A stretch of 32,000 nucleotides of DNA from Acaryochloris thomasi RCC1774 (lineage in GTDB: Bacteria; Cyanobacteriota; Cyanobacteriia; Thermosynechococcales; Thermosynechococcaceae). Location: NCBI RefSeq assembly GCF_003231495.1, contig NZ_PQWO01000003.1, positions 300,001-332,000 on the forward strand, read 5' to 3'. The position numbers were made by a program, and so were the translations under genes. The notes under the pieces were generated by a model. That model saw only the letters and a list, made by a program, of their open reading frames with translations. It was not told the origin of the DNA and did no database searches. Shown piece by piece: positions 1-10,673 of the stretch (its first letter is position 1; each line of letters opens with the position of its first letter).

Positions 1-1155
<1,155 letters not shown>

Positions 1156-1491
1156 AAAATCGTAGCATTTACCTAAGAGGAGACGCGCTGAGATTGAGTA
1201 AAGTTTTGCGAGGTTTCGTAAACGCCAACGAATTTATGGGTCAACGATTCCCAGCTCTAAGCGACAGGTTGTTTGTAGTCCTTGCCCAACGACTGTCGTT
1301 AGCTATGCTCGCTGGCGTGAATCCCTTGCCAGGAGAATCTTGGCACAGTGCCACATTTACCAGTAGTTAATTGTTGTGATTGGCTGCTGCGGATCGACCT
1401 TCAGAGGAAGATCTGTGCCAACGGCCATTGAGAATATCTAAGGCTCGTCGCTTTGCCTAGAGTACTGTGTTGTCTCCGAAGCATTCAAACT

Positions 1492-1821
1492 TCAGCTAAA
1501 TCGCTCAGCGACGGCTCTGTCTACGGATTCACGATCAGGATGAATATCAAAGACCTGATCGACGCCAATCATATCCATGATCATGCGTGCACTGGAGTTC
1601 ATTGCGCAAAGATAGAGGTGGCAACCATCCTTCTCAGCTCGTTTGAGAATACGGACGAGAATGCCAACGCCCATGCTGTCAACAAAGGTGACATGGGTAA
1701 AGTCAATCAAAATTGCTTTTGCGCCCTGATTAATGGCAGCCGTTGTCTCTTGCAGTAGCGGAGGATTCGCTTCTTGCCCCCCTAGCCATCCCGTCGGGTT
1801 AAAGATTTTTAGCGCTGACAT
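1492..1821 (-). CDS. STAS-domain anti-sigma-factor antagonist (SpoIIAA-like)
   Basis: 109 aa. The stretch ILIDFTHVTFVDSMGVGILVRILKRAEKDGCHLYLCAMNSSARMIMDMIGVDQVFDI matches the STAS fold pattern, including the DSxG phospho-site region. Confidence 0.85.
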   Translation of the reverse strand: MSALKIFNPTGWLGGQEANPPLLQETTAAINQGAKAILIDFTHVTFVDSMGVGILVRILKRAEKDGCHLYLCAMNSSARMIMDMIGVDQVFDIHPDRESVDRAVAERFS

Positions 1822-1977
1822 CTAGAATTTTTGGTAGATGAAGGAACCTTTTCTAGGATATACTACTCACTCACAATAGCCTTTAACCTAGGGTGAGGAT
1901 AGTCTAACGCATAGCGATGGTCATCTTGCCTGTATTTTTGTCCATAATGAGGTCGATGTCCGCGCAGAGATTCCGCC

Positions 1978-2229
1978 ATGTCTAGAACCGCCAATGAATT
2001 TGCAGCCCATCTCTTTCTAGAGGGTGGTCATCGAGAGGAAGTTCGCTTTGCCACGATTCAGGAGTTCCAGCATTGGTACAGCAATGAGCTAGTGCCCAAG
2101 TCAGACTCCCGTGATTTTATTAATATTCCCCTCAAAACGATTCAGGGTGAGTATATGGTCATTCGCCCTTCTAGCATTTCGGCTATTCGGGTGGAACCTG
2201 TATTCTCTTCTAGCGTCGACCGTTTCTAA
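1978..2229 (+). CDS. Hypothetical protein, 83 aa
   Basis: Clean ATG ORF in an otherwise empty gap, with coding-like composition. I recognise no family. Confidence 0.45.
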   Translation: MSRTANEFAAHLFLEGGHREEVRFATIQEFQHWYSNELVPKSDSRDFINIPLKTIQGEYMVIRPSSISAIRVEPVFSSSVDRF

Positions 2230-2265
2230 CGGTATGATGTTTCAGGTTTTTGAGTTTTCCTGTTT

Positions 2266-3423
2266 ATGTTGAAAATTACAGCGCCTTTTGTTCTGGGATG
2301 TGCGATCGCACTTTCTGCTTCCACATCAACGGGTGCCCCCCTGCAAACGACACAAATTGATCAGCTGCCGCAGGGTGTGGCCCTCGATCCACAACTTTGG
2401 GTGAGTTCAACGGGCAAGGCAGGGGATAAAGCTGCCCTGCTCAGGGCGCTAGACGACAGCCTCAAATATCTGCGAACTTCAAAATCAGAGCAAGATTATC
2501 AGGACTATGCCGTACCGGGAATCACTCGAGATCGCGTTCGTGAGAGCGTCCAGCGGTTTCGTCAGCTCGTCGTGCAGTCGCCCTCTCCTGAAGCGCTTGC
2601 AGAAGCTGTCAAGCGTGAATTCTCCTTCTATAAGTCTGTCGGCAACGACGAACAGGGCACCGTGCTGTTTACGGGCTACTACGAAGCCACCTTTACCGCC
2701 AGTCGAAAACCCACTGCTGAATTTAAATATCCGCTCTACAAAGCCCCTGCAGCCCTTGCGCAGTGGCCCACCCCCAATCCCACCCGTGAGCAACTTGAAG
2801 GTACTGACGGCCTCCAGGGGTCTCAGGGGCAGCTCAAGGGGCTAGAGCTGGTTTGGCTGCGCGACCGCCTTGAGGCCTTCCTCGTCCAGGTTCAGGGGTC
2901 AGCTCGACTGGGTCTCACCGACGGCGGCACCATGACCGTTGGATTTGCGGGAAAAACCCAGCATCCCTACACCAGCATTGGCAAAGAGATGATTGGCGAC
3001 GGTATTTTTACACCGGAGGAGGTGAGCTTGCCTGCCCTCATCGACCATTTTCAAAAACAGCCCGCCGATCTGGATCGCTATTTGCCTCGCAACAAAAGCT
3101 TTGTGTTCTTTCAAGAGACCCATGGCTCTCCCGCAATGGGCAGTCTAAGCGTTCCCGTCACTGCAGAGCGTTCCATTGCCACCGATAAATCCATCATGCC
3201 GCCGGGTGCGCTGGCGCTGATCCAGACCCAGCTACCCTATTTCAATAGTGCGGACCAGCTTGAATTTCAAGACGTGAGTCGCTATGTGCTCGATCACGAT
3301 ACCGGCAGCGCTATTAAAGGCCCCGGTCGTGTGGACATTTTTATGGGTACTGGCTCTAAAGCAGCTGATCGGGCTGGCGTGATCAAATCCTCTGGTGCGC
3401 TCTACTACTTGTTGCTGCGTTAG
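2266..3423 (+). CDS. mltA: Membrane-bound lytic murein transglycosylase A (MltA family)
   Basis: 385 aa. N-terminal signal or lipoprotein-like sequence (FVLGCAIA). MltA-type motifs LVQVQGSARL and a C-terminal 3D domain, DTGSAIKGPGRVDIFMGTG. Confidence 0.85.
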   Translation: MLKITAPFVLGCAIALSASTSTGAPLQTTQIDQLPQGVALDPQLWVSSTGKAGDKAALLRALDDSLKYLRTSKSEQDYQDYAVPGITRDRVRESVQRFRQLVVQSPSPEALAEAVKREFSFYKSVGNDEQGTVLFTGYYEATFTASRKPTAEFKYPLYKAPAALAQWPTPNPTREQLEGTDGLQGSQGQLKGLELVWLRDRLEAFLVQVQGSARLGLTDGGTMTVGFAGKTQHPYTSIGKEMIGDGIFTPEEVSLPALIDHFQKQPADLDRYLPRNKSFVFFQETHGSPAMGSLSVPVTAERSIATDKSIMPPGALALIQTQLPYFNSADQLEFQDVSRYVLDHDTGSAIKGPGRVDIFMGTGSKAADRAGVIKSSGALYYLLLR

Positions 3424-3574
3424 AAGCAGGAGCGAGTTACCTCCAGCAAAAAGGCGATTGGGGTACCTCACAAAGTTACGTTAGTTGCTTGCAAGCAGCC
3501 AAAATAGCCTCAGCAGACTAGACTCGAGAGAACTAGGTCTATGTTGGACTTTAAGCTGAATCAAGGTGACCCTA

Positions 3575-5098
3575 ATGCGCTTGAAAGCTAATAGTGTTCG
3601 AGCCATACTGCTCGTTTCCGCCGTAATAGTGACGGCCTGCGGAGATAGCAAAGCCACAAGCGAAGCTGCCAGACAAGATCCTAAGCCTGCAGATGTTGAC
3701 CTCAAAATTGAGAAGGTCAAAGAACTGCCACCGTCCGTTGCCAGTGCCGGCAGCAACCCTGAGCCAGTTCCATTGCCTACCAGTGGTGAGGCGTGTAACG
3801 GCACCCCGGTTCGTACCGTTGAAGCCTTACAGAGAGCCGTTGCTAACAGTCAAACGATCGCCCTGAGCGCAGGCGTTTTTGAGCTACCCCAATCATTGAG
3901 GCTTCAGACTGGCACAACCCTTTGCGGGCAGGGGGCGGACAAAACCACCGTACGGGGCGCTGCCACATGGCAACCTGGACTTGGCTTACTCCCCAAACTT
4001 GAAGATCCGAATGCCTACCTCTTCATTGTTGAGGGACAGAACAACGTCACCATCCGGGACATGAGCCTGCAGGGACCACAGCTGCACGGTGCCGTTTACG
4101 GCAAGCGTTCGCAGCGGCTAACGCTTGCAGGCCTTGAGCTACGAGATTTTATGTGGAGTAGCGTTCGCACTTTTAACATGGTGCAGACGCGGATTCACGA
4201 TAATGACTTTATTGATGCCGGGGGATACATCGAGAAAGAGATTGACGGCAAGATCCGGCGGGCGGTGGGCGGCGTCCTCTTTGACCAAAACCCCCAAGAA
4301 TGTGAAGTCTGGAACAACCGTGTGCGGGCTTCAGGGAAAGGTGACCGTCGATTCTTTGGTTTCAAAGGAAGAAGCGGCAGAAATTGTCGATTTCATCACA
4401 ACGATATTAGAAGTCGTTTCGCCATTGAGTACCCCTTCGACAACATTTTTGGCTTTGAAATTGACCATAATTACATCGAAGGTACTATTTCGATCCCTAA
4501 GTTTGGGGGTGGCCCGGTCCTCGATAGCAGCGCACTGGCTGTTCATATTCATCACAACGTTATTCGCCGATCCTACGCCATTGAGTTTGCGCGCAACAAC
4601 GTGCGAATCAACCACAATCTCTTTGATTTCAAGCCCCAAGAGAACCAGGGCAACTTGATTAGCGATCATGGCAGGCAGCCTTCCCCAGGGCCTCTATTAA
4701 TGCAAAACAATCTGATTCAGAACGTCGGTAGGGGCATATTCTGGTCACGTCCTGGCTACAACAATGTTGAATTTATAAACAATCATGTACGGGCGCTGGG
4801 TAACCCCCAGCCTCTGGCTCTGTTTCAGTTCAATCCCAGTACTGACTTTCAGAGCATTAAGATTGCGGGCAATATTTTCGAGAGCGCGCCCGATAGTCCT
4901 CGCCCTCTACTACAGGATGGCATCGGCTCTAATGCCATCATCGAGAACAACAAGCTTACGAACATCCTCGATTCAGGCCTCTATGCCAACCCACAGACGG
5001 GTGGCTCGGTTGGGCCAACGGAGCCACTCCAGTTTCGAGCGGGCGTTCGTGACGAAATTCAGGTTGACCAGTGGACAACGACGGGCGTGAGGCCTTGA
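3575..5098 (+). CDS. Lipoprotein with right-handed parallel beta-helix repeats (pectate-lyase-fold superfamily)
   Basis: The ORF track starts at GTG 3566. ATG 3575 gives MRLKANSVRAILLVSAVIVTAC, a signal peptide plus lipobox. Periodic beta-helix turns follow: NVTIRDMSL, IHDNDFI, VWNNRVRA, FHHNDIRS, IDHNYIEG, IHHNVIRR, INHNLFDF, MQNNLIQN, FINNHVRA, IAGNIFES, IENNKLTN. Confidence 0.75.
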   Translation: MRLKANSVRAILLVSAVIVTACGDSKATSEAARQDPKPADVDLKIEKVKELPPSVASAGSNPEPVPLPTSGEACNGTPVRTVEALQRAVANSQTIALSAGVFELPQSLRLQTGTTLCGQGADKTTVRGAATWQPGLGLLPKLEDPNAYLFIVEGQNNVTIRDMSLQGPQLHGAVYGKRSQRLTLAGLELRDFMWSSVRTFNMVQTRIHDNDFIDAGGYIEKEIDGKIRRAVGGVLFDQNPQECEVWNNRVRASGKGDRRFFGFKGRSGRNCRFHHNDIRSRFAIEYPFDNIFGFEIDHNYIEGTISIPKFGGGPVLDSSALAVHIHHNVIRRSYAIEFARNNVRINHNLFDFKPQENQGNLISDHGRQPSPGPLLMQNNLIQNVGRGIFWSRPGYNNVEFINNHVRALGNPQPLALFQFNPSTDFQSIKIAGNIFESAPDSPRPLLQDGIGSNAIIENNKLTNILDSGLYANPQTGGSVGPTEPLQFRAGVRDEIQVDQWTTTGVRP

Positions 5099-5112
5099 AT
5101 ATCTAACAAAAT

Positions 5113-5135
5113 CCCCAGCATCTAAGATGCTGGGG
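5113..5135 (+). terminator. Stem-loop after the beta-helix gene
   Basis: CCCCAGCATC-TAA-GATGCTGGGG forms a 10-bp perfect stem with a 3-nt loop, 15 nt after the stop codon. No clear U-tract follows. Confidence 0.5.
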
Positions 5136-5170
5136 AAGGCTTGGAGACTCAGTCAACATTGAGGTTTACT

Positions 5171-5275
5171 CACTGGACTGCGAAGTATAGCGGTACACGT
5201 ATTGATTAGGACATAAAATGGCTGAAACCCGTCTGTGCTAAAGAAAGGCTGTCCTAAGTCAGTCGGGTACTGCCA
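5171..5275 (+). repeat. Dispersed non-coding element, copy A
   Basis: 5185..5214 (GTATAGCGGTACACGTATTGATTAGGACAT) is 30/30 identical to the reverse complement of 23285..23314. The following 61 nt match at 47/61 with one 1-nt gap. See findings. Confidence 0.7.
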
Positions 5276-5448
5276 TAGAATTTGCTCAGGTTTTATTGAT
5301 GGTCCAGCGCCTGGATTTGTTCCCCAACGAAACAACGCCATAGCACTCATTAATGCCATCTGATCCGCTGCTTCTCCGTGGGAGATCTGTGCTGTTCGGC
5401 AATTTCTGATAAAGTATTACAAAAGTTAAGATTTCTACTTTATCCCTC

Positions 5449-6432
5449 ATGAAATTACTCATCGTTGGTGCTACTGGAACGTTAGGACGGCAGGTTGTTC
5501 GTCATGCCATAGATGAGGGATATCAAGTGTCTTGTCTGGTCCGCAATGCTCGCAAAGCCTCATTCTTAAAGGAGTGGGGAGCCAATCTTGTTCAGGGTGA
5601 TCTGAGCAAGCCAGATAGCCTAAAGCTTGCGCTGCAGGGTATGGATGCGGTCATTGACACTGCAACAACGCGCCCTACCGATCCGGGCAGCACCCGAGTT
5701 GTTGATTGGGATGGTAAAGTCTCTTTAATTCAGGCTGCAGAAGCGGCGGCTGTCAAGCGATTCGTCTTCGTTTCGATTATGGATGCAGACAAGTATGCCC
5801 ACGTTCCATTAATGGATATGAAAGCCTGCACCGAGAGTTTTTTAGCCGAGACTAAGTTGGACTACACCATTCTGAGGCCCTGCGGATTTTTCCAGGGGCT
5901 GATTGGTCAGTACGCCATTCCGATCTTAGATAAGCAGGCTGTGTGGCTGATGGGTGAAGGCTCGTCCATTGCGTTTATGGATACCCAAGATATTGCGAAA
6001 TTTGCTGTCAAAGCCCTAAAGCAGCCTCAGGTCAGTCGAAAAACCTTTGATTTAGCGGGGCCAAAAGCCTGGACGCCTCGAGGTATTGTCCAGCTTTGCG
6101 AAAATCTCTCTGGAGAAGAAGCTAAGATTCTGAGTTTGCCTGCAGGACTGTTGAAGGGGGCCAAGCGCGTTATCCGCTTTTTTGAATGGGGCTGGAACAC
6201 GGCGGATCGGCTGGCATTTGCTGAAGTTATTTCTGCTGGGAAGCCTCTGAATGCTGCTATGGATGACACCTATGATGCCTTTGAGATTGATCCCAGTACT
6301 ATTTCAACGCTAGAGTCCTATATGCAAGACTACTTTGGTCGTATTCTTAAGAAGCTGAGAGAACTCGACTACGAAAAAAACAAAAAGTCGTCCCGTAAGC
6401 GGACTCCTTTTAAAGCGCCTCGTTCCTCTTAA
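5449..6432 (+). CDS. ycf39: Ycf39-type atypical short-chain dehydrogenase/NmrA-like protein (PSII assembly factor family)
   Basis: 327 aa. The N-terminus MKLLIVGATGTLGRQVVRHAIDEGYQVSCLVRNARKASFLKEWGANLVQGDL carries a Rossmann GxxGxxG motif and closely resembles Ycf39/Slr0399. An NAD kinase gene follows, as in the Synechocystis slr0399-slr0400 pair. Confidence 0.85.
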   Translation: MKLLIVGATGTLGRQVVRHAIDEGYQVSCLVRNARKASFLKEWGANLVQGDLSKPDSLKLALQGMDAVIDTATTRPTDPGSTRVVDWDGKVSLIQAAEAAAVKRFVFVSIMDADKYAHVPLMDMKACTESFLAETKLDYTILRPCGFFQGLIGQYAIPILDKQAVWLMGEGSSIAFMDTQDIAKFAVKALKQPQVSRKTFDLAGPKAWTPRGIVQLCENLSGEEAKILSLPAGLLKGAKRVIRFFEWGWNTADRLAFAEVISAGKPLNAAMDDTYDAFEIDPSTISTLESYMQDYFGRILKKLRELDYEKNKKSSRKRTPFKAPRSS

Positions 6433-6453
6433 AATCTCGTGTGACTTTTGAGT

Positions 6454-7370
6454 GTGTCCAAGATCGGCATCATTTATAACGAAGCGAAGCCCACGGCCTG
6501 TCAAACGGCTCAGGCTCTTCAAGATAAGTTCGAAGTATTGGCTGGGAAGTCGCCGTCGCCAATGGTGTAGGCGGAATTTTAGGGTGCTCCCGTCCCGGCA
6601 GCCCCGTTTGTTACTCGGCGATTGATGATTTGGTGCCCACTGGCTTTGATAGCCGTGTGGAATTCGCCATTGTGCTGGGGGGAGATGGGACTGTTCTGTC
6701 AGCCTGTCGCCAGTTGGCTTCCTGTAATATTCCGCTACTGACGGTCAATACGGGGCACATGGGTTTTTTGACTGAGACCTACCTCAATCACCTGTCTGAT
6801 GCTATTGATCTATTACTGGCCGATACCTACACCGTTGAAGAGCGCGTGATGCTCTCGGTTCAGGTGGTTCGTGACGATGTTGTGTTGTGGGAAGCACTGT
6901 CTCTTAACGAGATGGTGCTGCACAAAGAGCCGCTAACGGGTATGTGCCATTTTGAAATTGAAGTTGGTCAGCATGCTCGAGTCGACATCGCTGCTGATGG
7001 TGTGATCCTCTCAACACCCACAGGCTCTACTGCCTACGCATTGTCTGCCGGCGGGCCGGTGATTACGCCTGATGTGCCGGTGCTGCAGCTAATTCCCATT
7101 TGCGCTCATTCTTTAGCTTCTAGGGCACTGGTCTTTTCAGAGACAGAGCCGGTCGAAATTTTTCCGGCCCACTCTGAGCAGCTTGTGATGATGGTGGACG
7201 GCAATGCTGGCTGCTACGTTTCACCAGCAGATCGCGTTCGAATTCACAAGTCTCGCTATGCAGCCCGCTTCATACGGCTTAGCTCTCCTGAGTTTTTCAA
7301 GATATTGAGAGAGAAACTAGGGTGGGGGTTACCCCATATTGCTAAGCCGGCGTCTGTTGAACTGCCTTGA
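6454..7370 (+). pseudogene. nadK: NAD kinase with an apparent -1 frameshift near 6532-6536
   Basis: The frame of 6454 reads [27 protein letters not shown], then runs to a stop at 6568. The frame of 6534 continues [85 protein letters not shown]. Both pieces match the NAD kinase N-terminus colinearly. The first standard start in the long frame is TTG 6630, which would delete the conserved N-terminal strand. Confidence 0.8.
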
Positions 7371-7476
7371 CTTAGGTAGATGGCGGAACAATACATGCAT
7401 CAGCAAGAAGATCCAAAACCTACCTACGACATAGCGTTGCTCTAAAGCCAAGTACCACTATGAAAATTTTGCTGTC

Positions 7477-7665
7477 TTAACGACAAACGAGTTGTTCTAG
7501 CGAAAGCCCAGGGGCATAAGCTTCAATGACCTTACCGGTTTTACTACAGGTGATCATTAGGTAGTCGCAGTAGGCACACTGAGTGCGAATTAAAGACTGC
7601 TCCAAATGATGCCGCTCTGCTGGGCTACCGCAATTGGAACAGCGTATATTTTCTATCCGGGTCAT
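7477..7665 (-). CDS. Small zinc-ribbon-like protein (CxxC...CxxC), 62 aa
   Basis: MTRIENIRCSNCGSPAERHH...TQCAYCDYLMITC has two CxxC pairs spaced as in a zinc ribbon. It has an ATG start. Function unknown. Confidence 0.55.
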   Translation of the reverse strand: MTRIENIRCSNCGSPAERHHLEQSLIRTQCAYCDYLMITCSKTGKVIEAYAPGLSLEQLVCR

Positions 7666-8103
7666 GATTAAAGCCTTATTTAAAGCCGAGAAGTTGATCA
7701 GTAGAAGTAAAAAAGGTGGTTTTTATGAATTCTTGACTACGACGGGATGCCGAGGTGAACTGAGAATTAAAGTGATTAGCAAAAGAATTGGCAAAAAAGT
7801 GATTGGATTTATTCTTTAATTTATAACACTTATACTTCACTGCCTGGGATCAATCACTGGTTTATTTAATATCCTGATTGAATTGTTTAAAAAATGTGCC
7901 CGAAAGATCAATTCTATGAGCTGATGGGAACCCTCAGAGACTGCTTTGCGCTTGCTTGCGGTCAGAGGTTAGAGGTGTCTATAGAGATGACTGATCGGTT
8001 TCTGTGCTGCTGCTTTCGATCTCTCATGAGAGCTGCTGTAAGCCTTGTCCTAAAGTGATCCCCTATTAATCTCCCTTAAGCTCTGTGTGGTTGCTGGGGA
8101 TCA

Positions 8104-8117
8104 GTTGCGATCGCAAC
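8104..8117. repeat. Extended HIP1 palindrome GTTGCGATCGCAAC (one of 12 HIP1 octamers in the window)
   Basis: Perfect 14-bp palindrome centred on GCGATCGC. The other octamers are at 2302, 9170, 12279, 13309, 15472, 16522, 17268, 19070, 25453, 28567 and 31588. Confidence 0.9.
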
Positions 8118-8308
8118 CCCTAGAAGAGGTCCGCCCGATCCCCGTTCTCTCGATGATCCCAAAAATCACTGTAAAAGTAGAAGAATAGATGAGTCTCAAT
8201 CCCTCACTTCTTGACGAGAATGTATCGAAAACTACAGATTAATTTTGACGCTTCAAAAGAGCCTTCGTCATCTTAAATACGGCTCATCAAACGTTCATTA
8301 AATAAATA

Positions 8309-10228
8309 TCACTCCTCCGCTTTCGATGACTGTGAGGGATGAAAGTAGTCATAAATTTGCTGGGCGAGCTGGGGTCCAATCGTTGGCACCGTGACCAGTT
8401 GCTCAAGAGAAGCCTCCCGAATGTAGTCAATGGACCGAAACGCTGCCAGCAACTCTTTCTGGCGATGGTGTCCTAATCCAGAAATCTCGTCTAAGCGTGA
8501 GCGGCGCATGCGCTCAGTGCGCTGCTGGCGATGGAAACTAACGGCGAATCGGTGGGCCTCATCCCTGAGGCGTCGCAGGAGCTGGACCCCAGATTGTTCA
8601 CTGTCGGTGGGCAGCGGCTGTTTAGCACCGGGCAGGAAGATTTCTTCTCGCTGCTTGGCAAGACTGACCACCTGCAGCGTGTCGGCTAGCTCCATCTCAG
8701 AGAGGACGGCCATCACTGCAGAAAGCTGTCCTTTGCCGCCGTCAATCATGACGAGATCCGGCCAGTCAACAGAACCGAGGCGGGGCTGTTCTGGTTTATC
8801 AACATAACTACGGAAGCGGCGACCGATCACCTCTGCAAGGCTGGCAAAATCATCGGAGTGACCGGCGCGCACGGTGGGATCCTTGATTTTATAGCGGCGG
8901 TAGTGCTGCTTGGCAGGCAGGCCGTCAACGAAAACGACCCTGGAGGCCACTGCGTCTGAACCTTGGATATGAGAAATGTCGTAGCCTTCAATCCGTCGAG
9001 GAAGGTCGGGCAAATCTAATAGATCGGCGAGATCTTGCTGGGCTTGGGTGCTTAGATCACGGGCGCGTTGGGTACGCATCAGCTCGTGACCAGCGTTGCG
9101 CTCGACCATTTGGATCAGTTCAGCCTTGGTCTGCCGCTGCGGACACAGGACTGTCACTTTTCTACCTTTGCGATCGCATAATCCCCCCGCCAGCAGTTCC
9201 GCCTCTGGCAGCTCTGTCTGCACCAAGATCTCTGCCGGAATTTCGACCGGATCAACATGGGCGTAATGTTCTTCCAGCGCCCGCTGTAGAATGGCTCCCA
9301 CAGAACCGGACTGGGGATCGGCCATAAAGCCCAAGCGGCCCACTAAGCGACCGGCGCGAATCTGAAAAAGCTGGATACAGGCGCTTTGCTCATCCGCCGC
9401 CAGCGCGATTGCGTCACGGGAGATCGTGTCGTCGGGTAGCGCTACTTTCTGATCGGCCCCTAGATTTTGTAGACCTGCAATCTGATCGCGCAGTCGGGCC
9501 GCATACTCAAAATTGAGATCCGCTGAAGCGAGCTGCATTTGCTCATTGAGGATGGCGATTAGCTCCCCAGTACGCCCCTGGAAAATCATGGCGATTTTCT
9601 GGAGCGTCTTACGATACTCCTCTGGCGTTACCAGTCGCTGGCAGACCCCTGGACAGCGGCCAATGTCATAGTTGAGGCAGGGACGATCTTTGAAGAGGGG
9701 ACGACGGCGCTGCTTGAGCGGAAAAATCTGTTTGACGAGATGTAGTGTCGAGCGCAGCAGTCGCGTATCAACGTAGGGGCCATAATATCGATCCTGCTTT
9801 TTGCCCAGCCGTCGCCGTCGGGTAATGAAAATGCTGGGATACTCTTCCGACCAGGTAATACAGAGATAGGGATATTTCTTATCGTCCTTGAGCAGCACAT
9901 TGAAGTGGGGCTGATGCTGCTTAATTAGATTAGCTTCCAGCGCTAGCGCCTCAGCCTCTGAGTCGGTGACGATGAACTCAATATCCGTGACCTGACGCAC
10001 CATCAAGGCAATGCGCGGCCCTAAATCTTGAGATTGACGAAAATAAGACCGAACCCTCGATCGCAGCTTTTTCGACTTGCCAATGTAAAGAATGTGGTCC
10101 TTTGCATCCCGCATGAAGTAGACCCCCGGCTCTGGCGGAATTTGCTTCAGACGAGATTCGAGACGTTCAGGGGTTTTGAGCAGCGGCGTTGTGGAGAGCA
10201 GATCGGGCACAGATTTGAAGAGTAGCAC
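8309..10228 (-). CDS. uvrC: Excinuclease ABC subunit C
   Basis: 639 aa. GIY-YIG domain ([30 protein letters not shown]), UVR domain ([14 protein letters not shown]), and a C-terminal RNase H-like endonuclease plus (HhH)2. GTG start; an alternative GTG lies 6 codons downstream. Confidence 0.95.
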   Translation of the reverse strand: MLLFKSVPDLLSTTPLLKTPERLESRLKQIPPEPGVYFMRDAKDHILYIGKSKKLRSRVRSYFRQSQDLGPRIALMVRQVTDIEFIVTDSEAEALALEANLIKQHQPHFNVLLKDDKKYPYLCITWSEEYPSIFITRRRRLGKKQDRYYGPYVDTRLLRSTLHLVKQIFPLKQRRRPLFKDRPCLNYDIGRCPGVCQRLVTPEEYRKTLQKIAMIFQGRTGELIAILNEQMQLASADLNFEYAARLRDQIAGLQNLGADQKVALPDDTISRDAIALAADEQSACIQLFQIRAGRLVGRLGFMADPQSGSVGAILQRALEEHYAHVDPVEIPAEILVQTELPEAELLAGGLCDRKGRKVTVLCPQRQTKAELIQMVERNAGHELMRTQRARDLSTQAQQDLADLLDLPDLPRRIEGYDISHIQGSDAVASRVVFVDGLPAKQHYRRYKIKDPTVRAGHSDDFASLAEVIGRRFRSYVDKPEQPRLGSVDWPDLVMIDGGKGQLSAVMAVLSEMELADTLQVVSLAKQREEIFLPGAKQPLPTDSEQSGVQLLRRLRDEAHRFAVSFHRQQRTERMRRSRLDEISGLGHHRQKELLAAFRSIDYIREASLEQLVTVPTIGPQLAQQIYDYFHPSQSSKAEE

Positions 10229-10313
10229 TATGATCTAGGGTATCGCGCTTCAATTCCTCTCGGGGGTGGGGCTGTCCCCTTCATAACGCAAAGGTAGATG
10301 TTGCGATGCGGCC

Positions 10314-10469
10314 CTAAACCCAGCCTGCGACATTTGCGAGCAGAAAACCTAAGAAGAGACCAATGGTTCCAGCTAACGCTGTGGTTAAAACAGACCCGGC
10401 GCACAACCTTAGCCATTTCCCCTGTGAGGTAAGATAGCGCTGCGTATTAAGACTGTTCAGCATGGGCAT
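10314..10469 (-). CDS. Possible small membrane protein, 51 aa
   Basis: MPMLNSLNTQRYLTSQGKWLRLCAGSVLTTALAGTIGLFLGFLLANVAGWV has a C-terminal hydrophobic helix. A GAGGGGGG Shine-Dalgarno sequence lies 7 nt upstream of ATG 10469. I recognise no family. Confidence 0.3.
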   Translation of the reverse strand: MPMLNSLNTQRYLTSQGKWLRLCAGSVLTTALAGTIGLFLGFLLANVAGWV

Positions 10470-10673
10470 GAATAGGCCCCCCTCAATGCATTTACAGATC
10501 ATCATAGCAAACCTAAAGAAAACATTAAATTGTTTTTGCTAGGGTAGGCACTCTCTCAAGTCTCATCGGCATCCTCCGCGTTATGCTCAGCCTCTTCGAT
10601 CAAAAGCTATTCTGGAAAGCTCTAACCGAGATCGGCTGGTTTGGCCTGCACGAGATGGTACCCGTGGTTGAAT

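Noticed and set aside
1341-1353. Palindrome TGGCAC-A-GTGCCA, whose half resembles the sigma-54 -24 element TGGCAC
   Set aside because: Cyanobacteria are not known to use sigma-54, and no matching -12 TTGC element follows. It may be a protein-binding palindrome, but there is no further support.
5153-5359. 68-aa minus-strand ORF between the beta-helix gene and ycf39
   Set aside because: It overlaps repeat copy A. The homologous copy B is interrupted by stops in all three plus-strand frames in my hand translation, so the conserved sequence is unlikely to be protein-coding.
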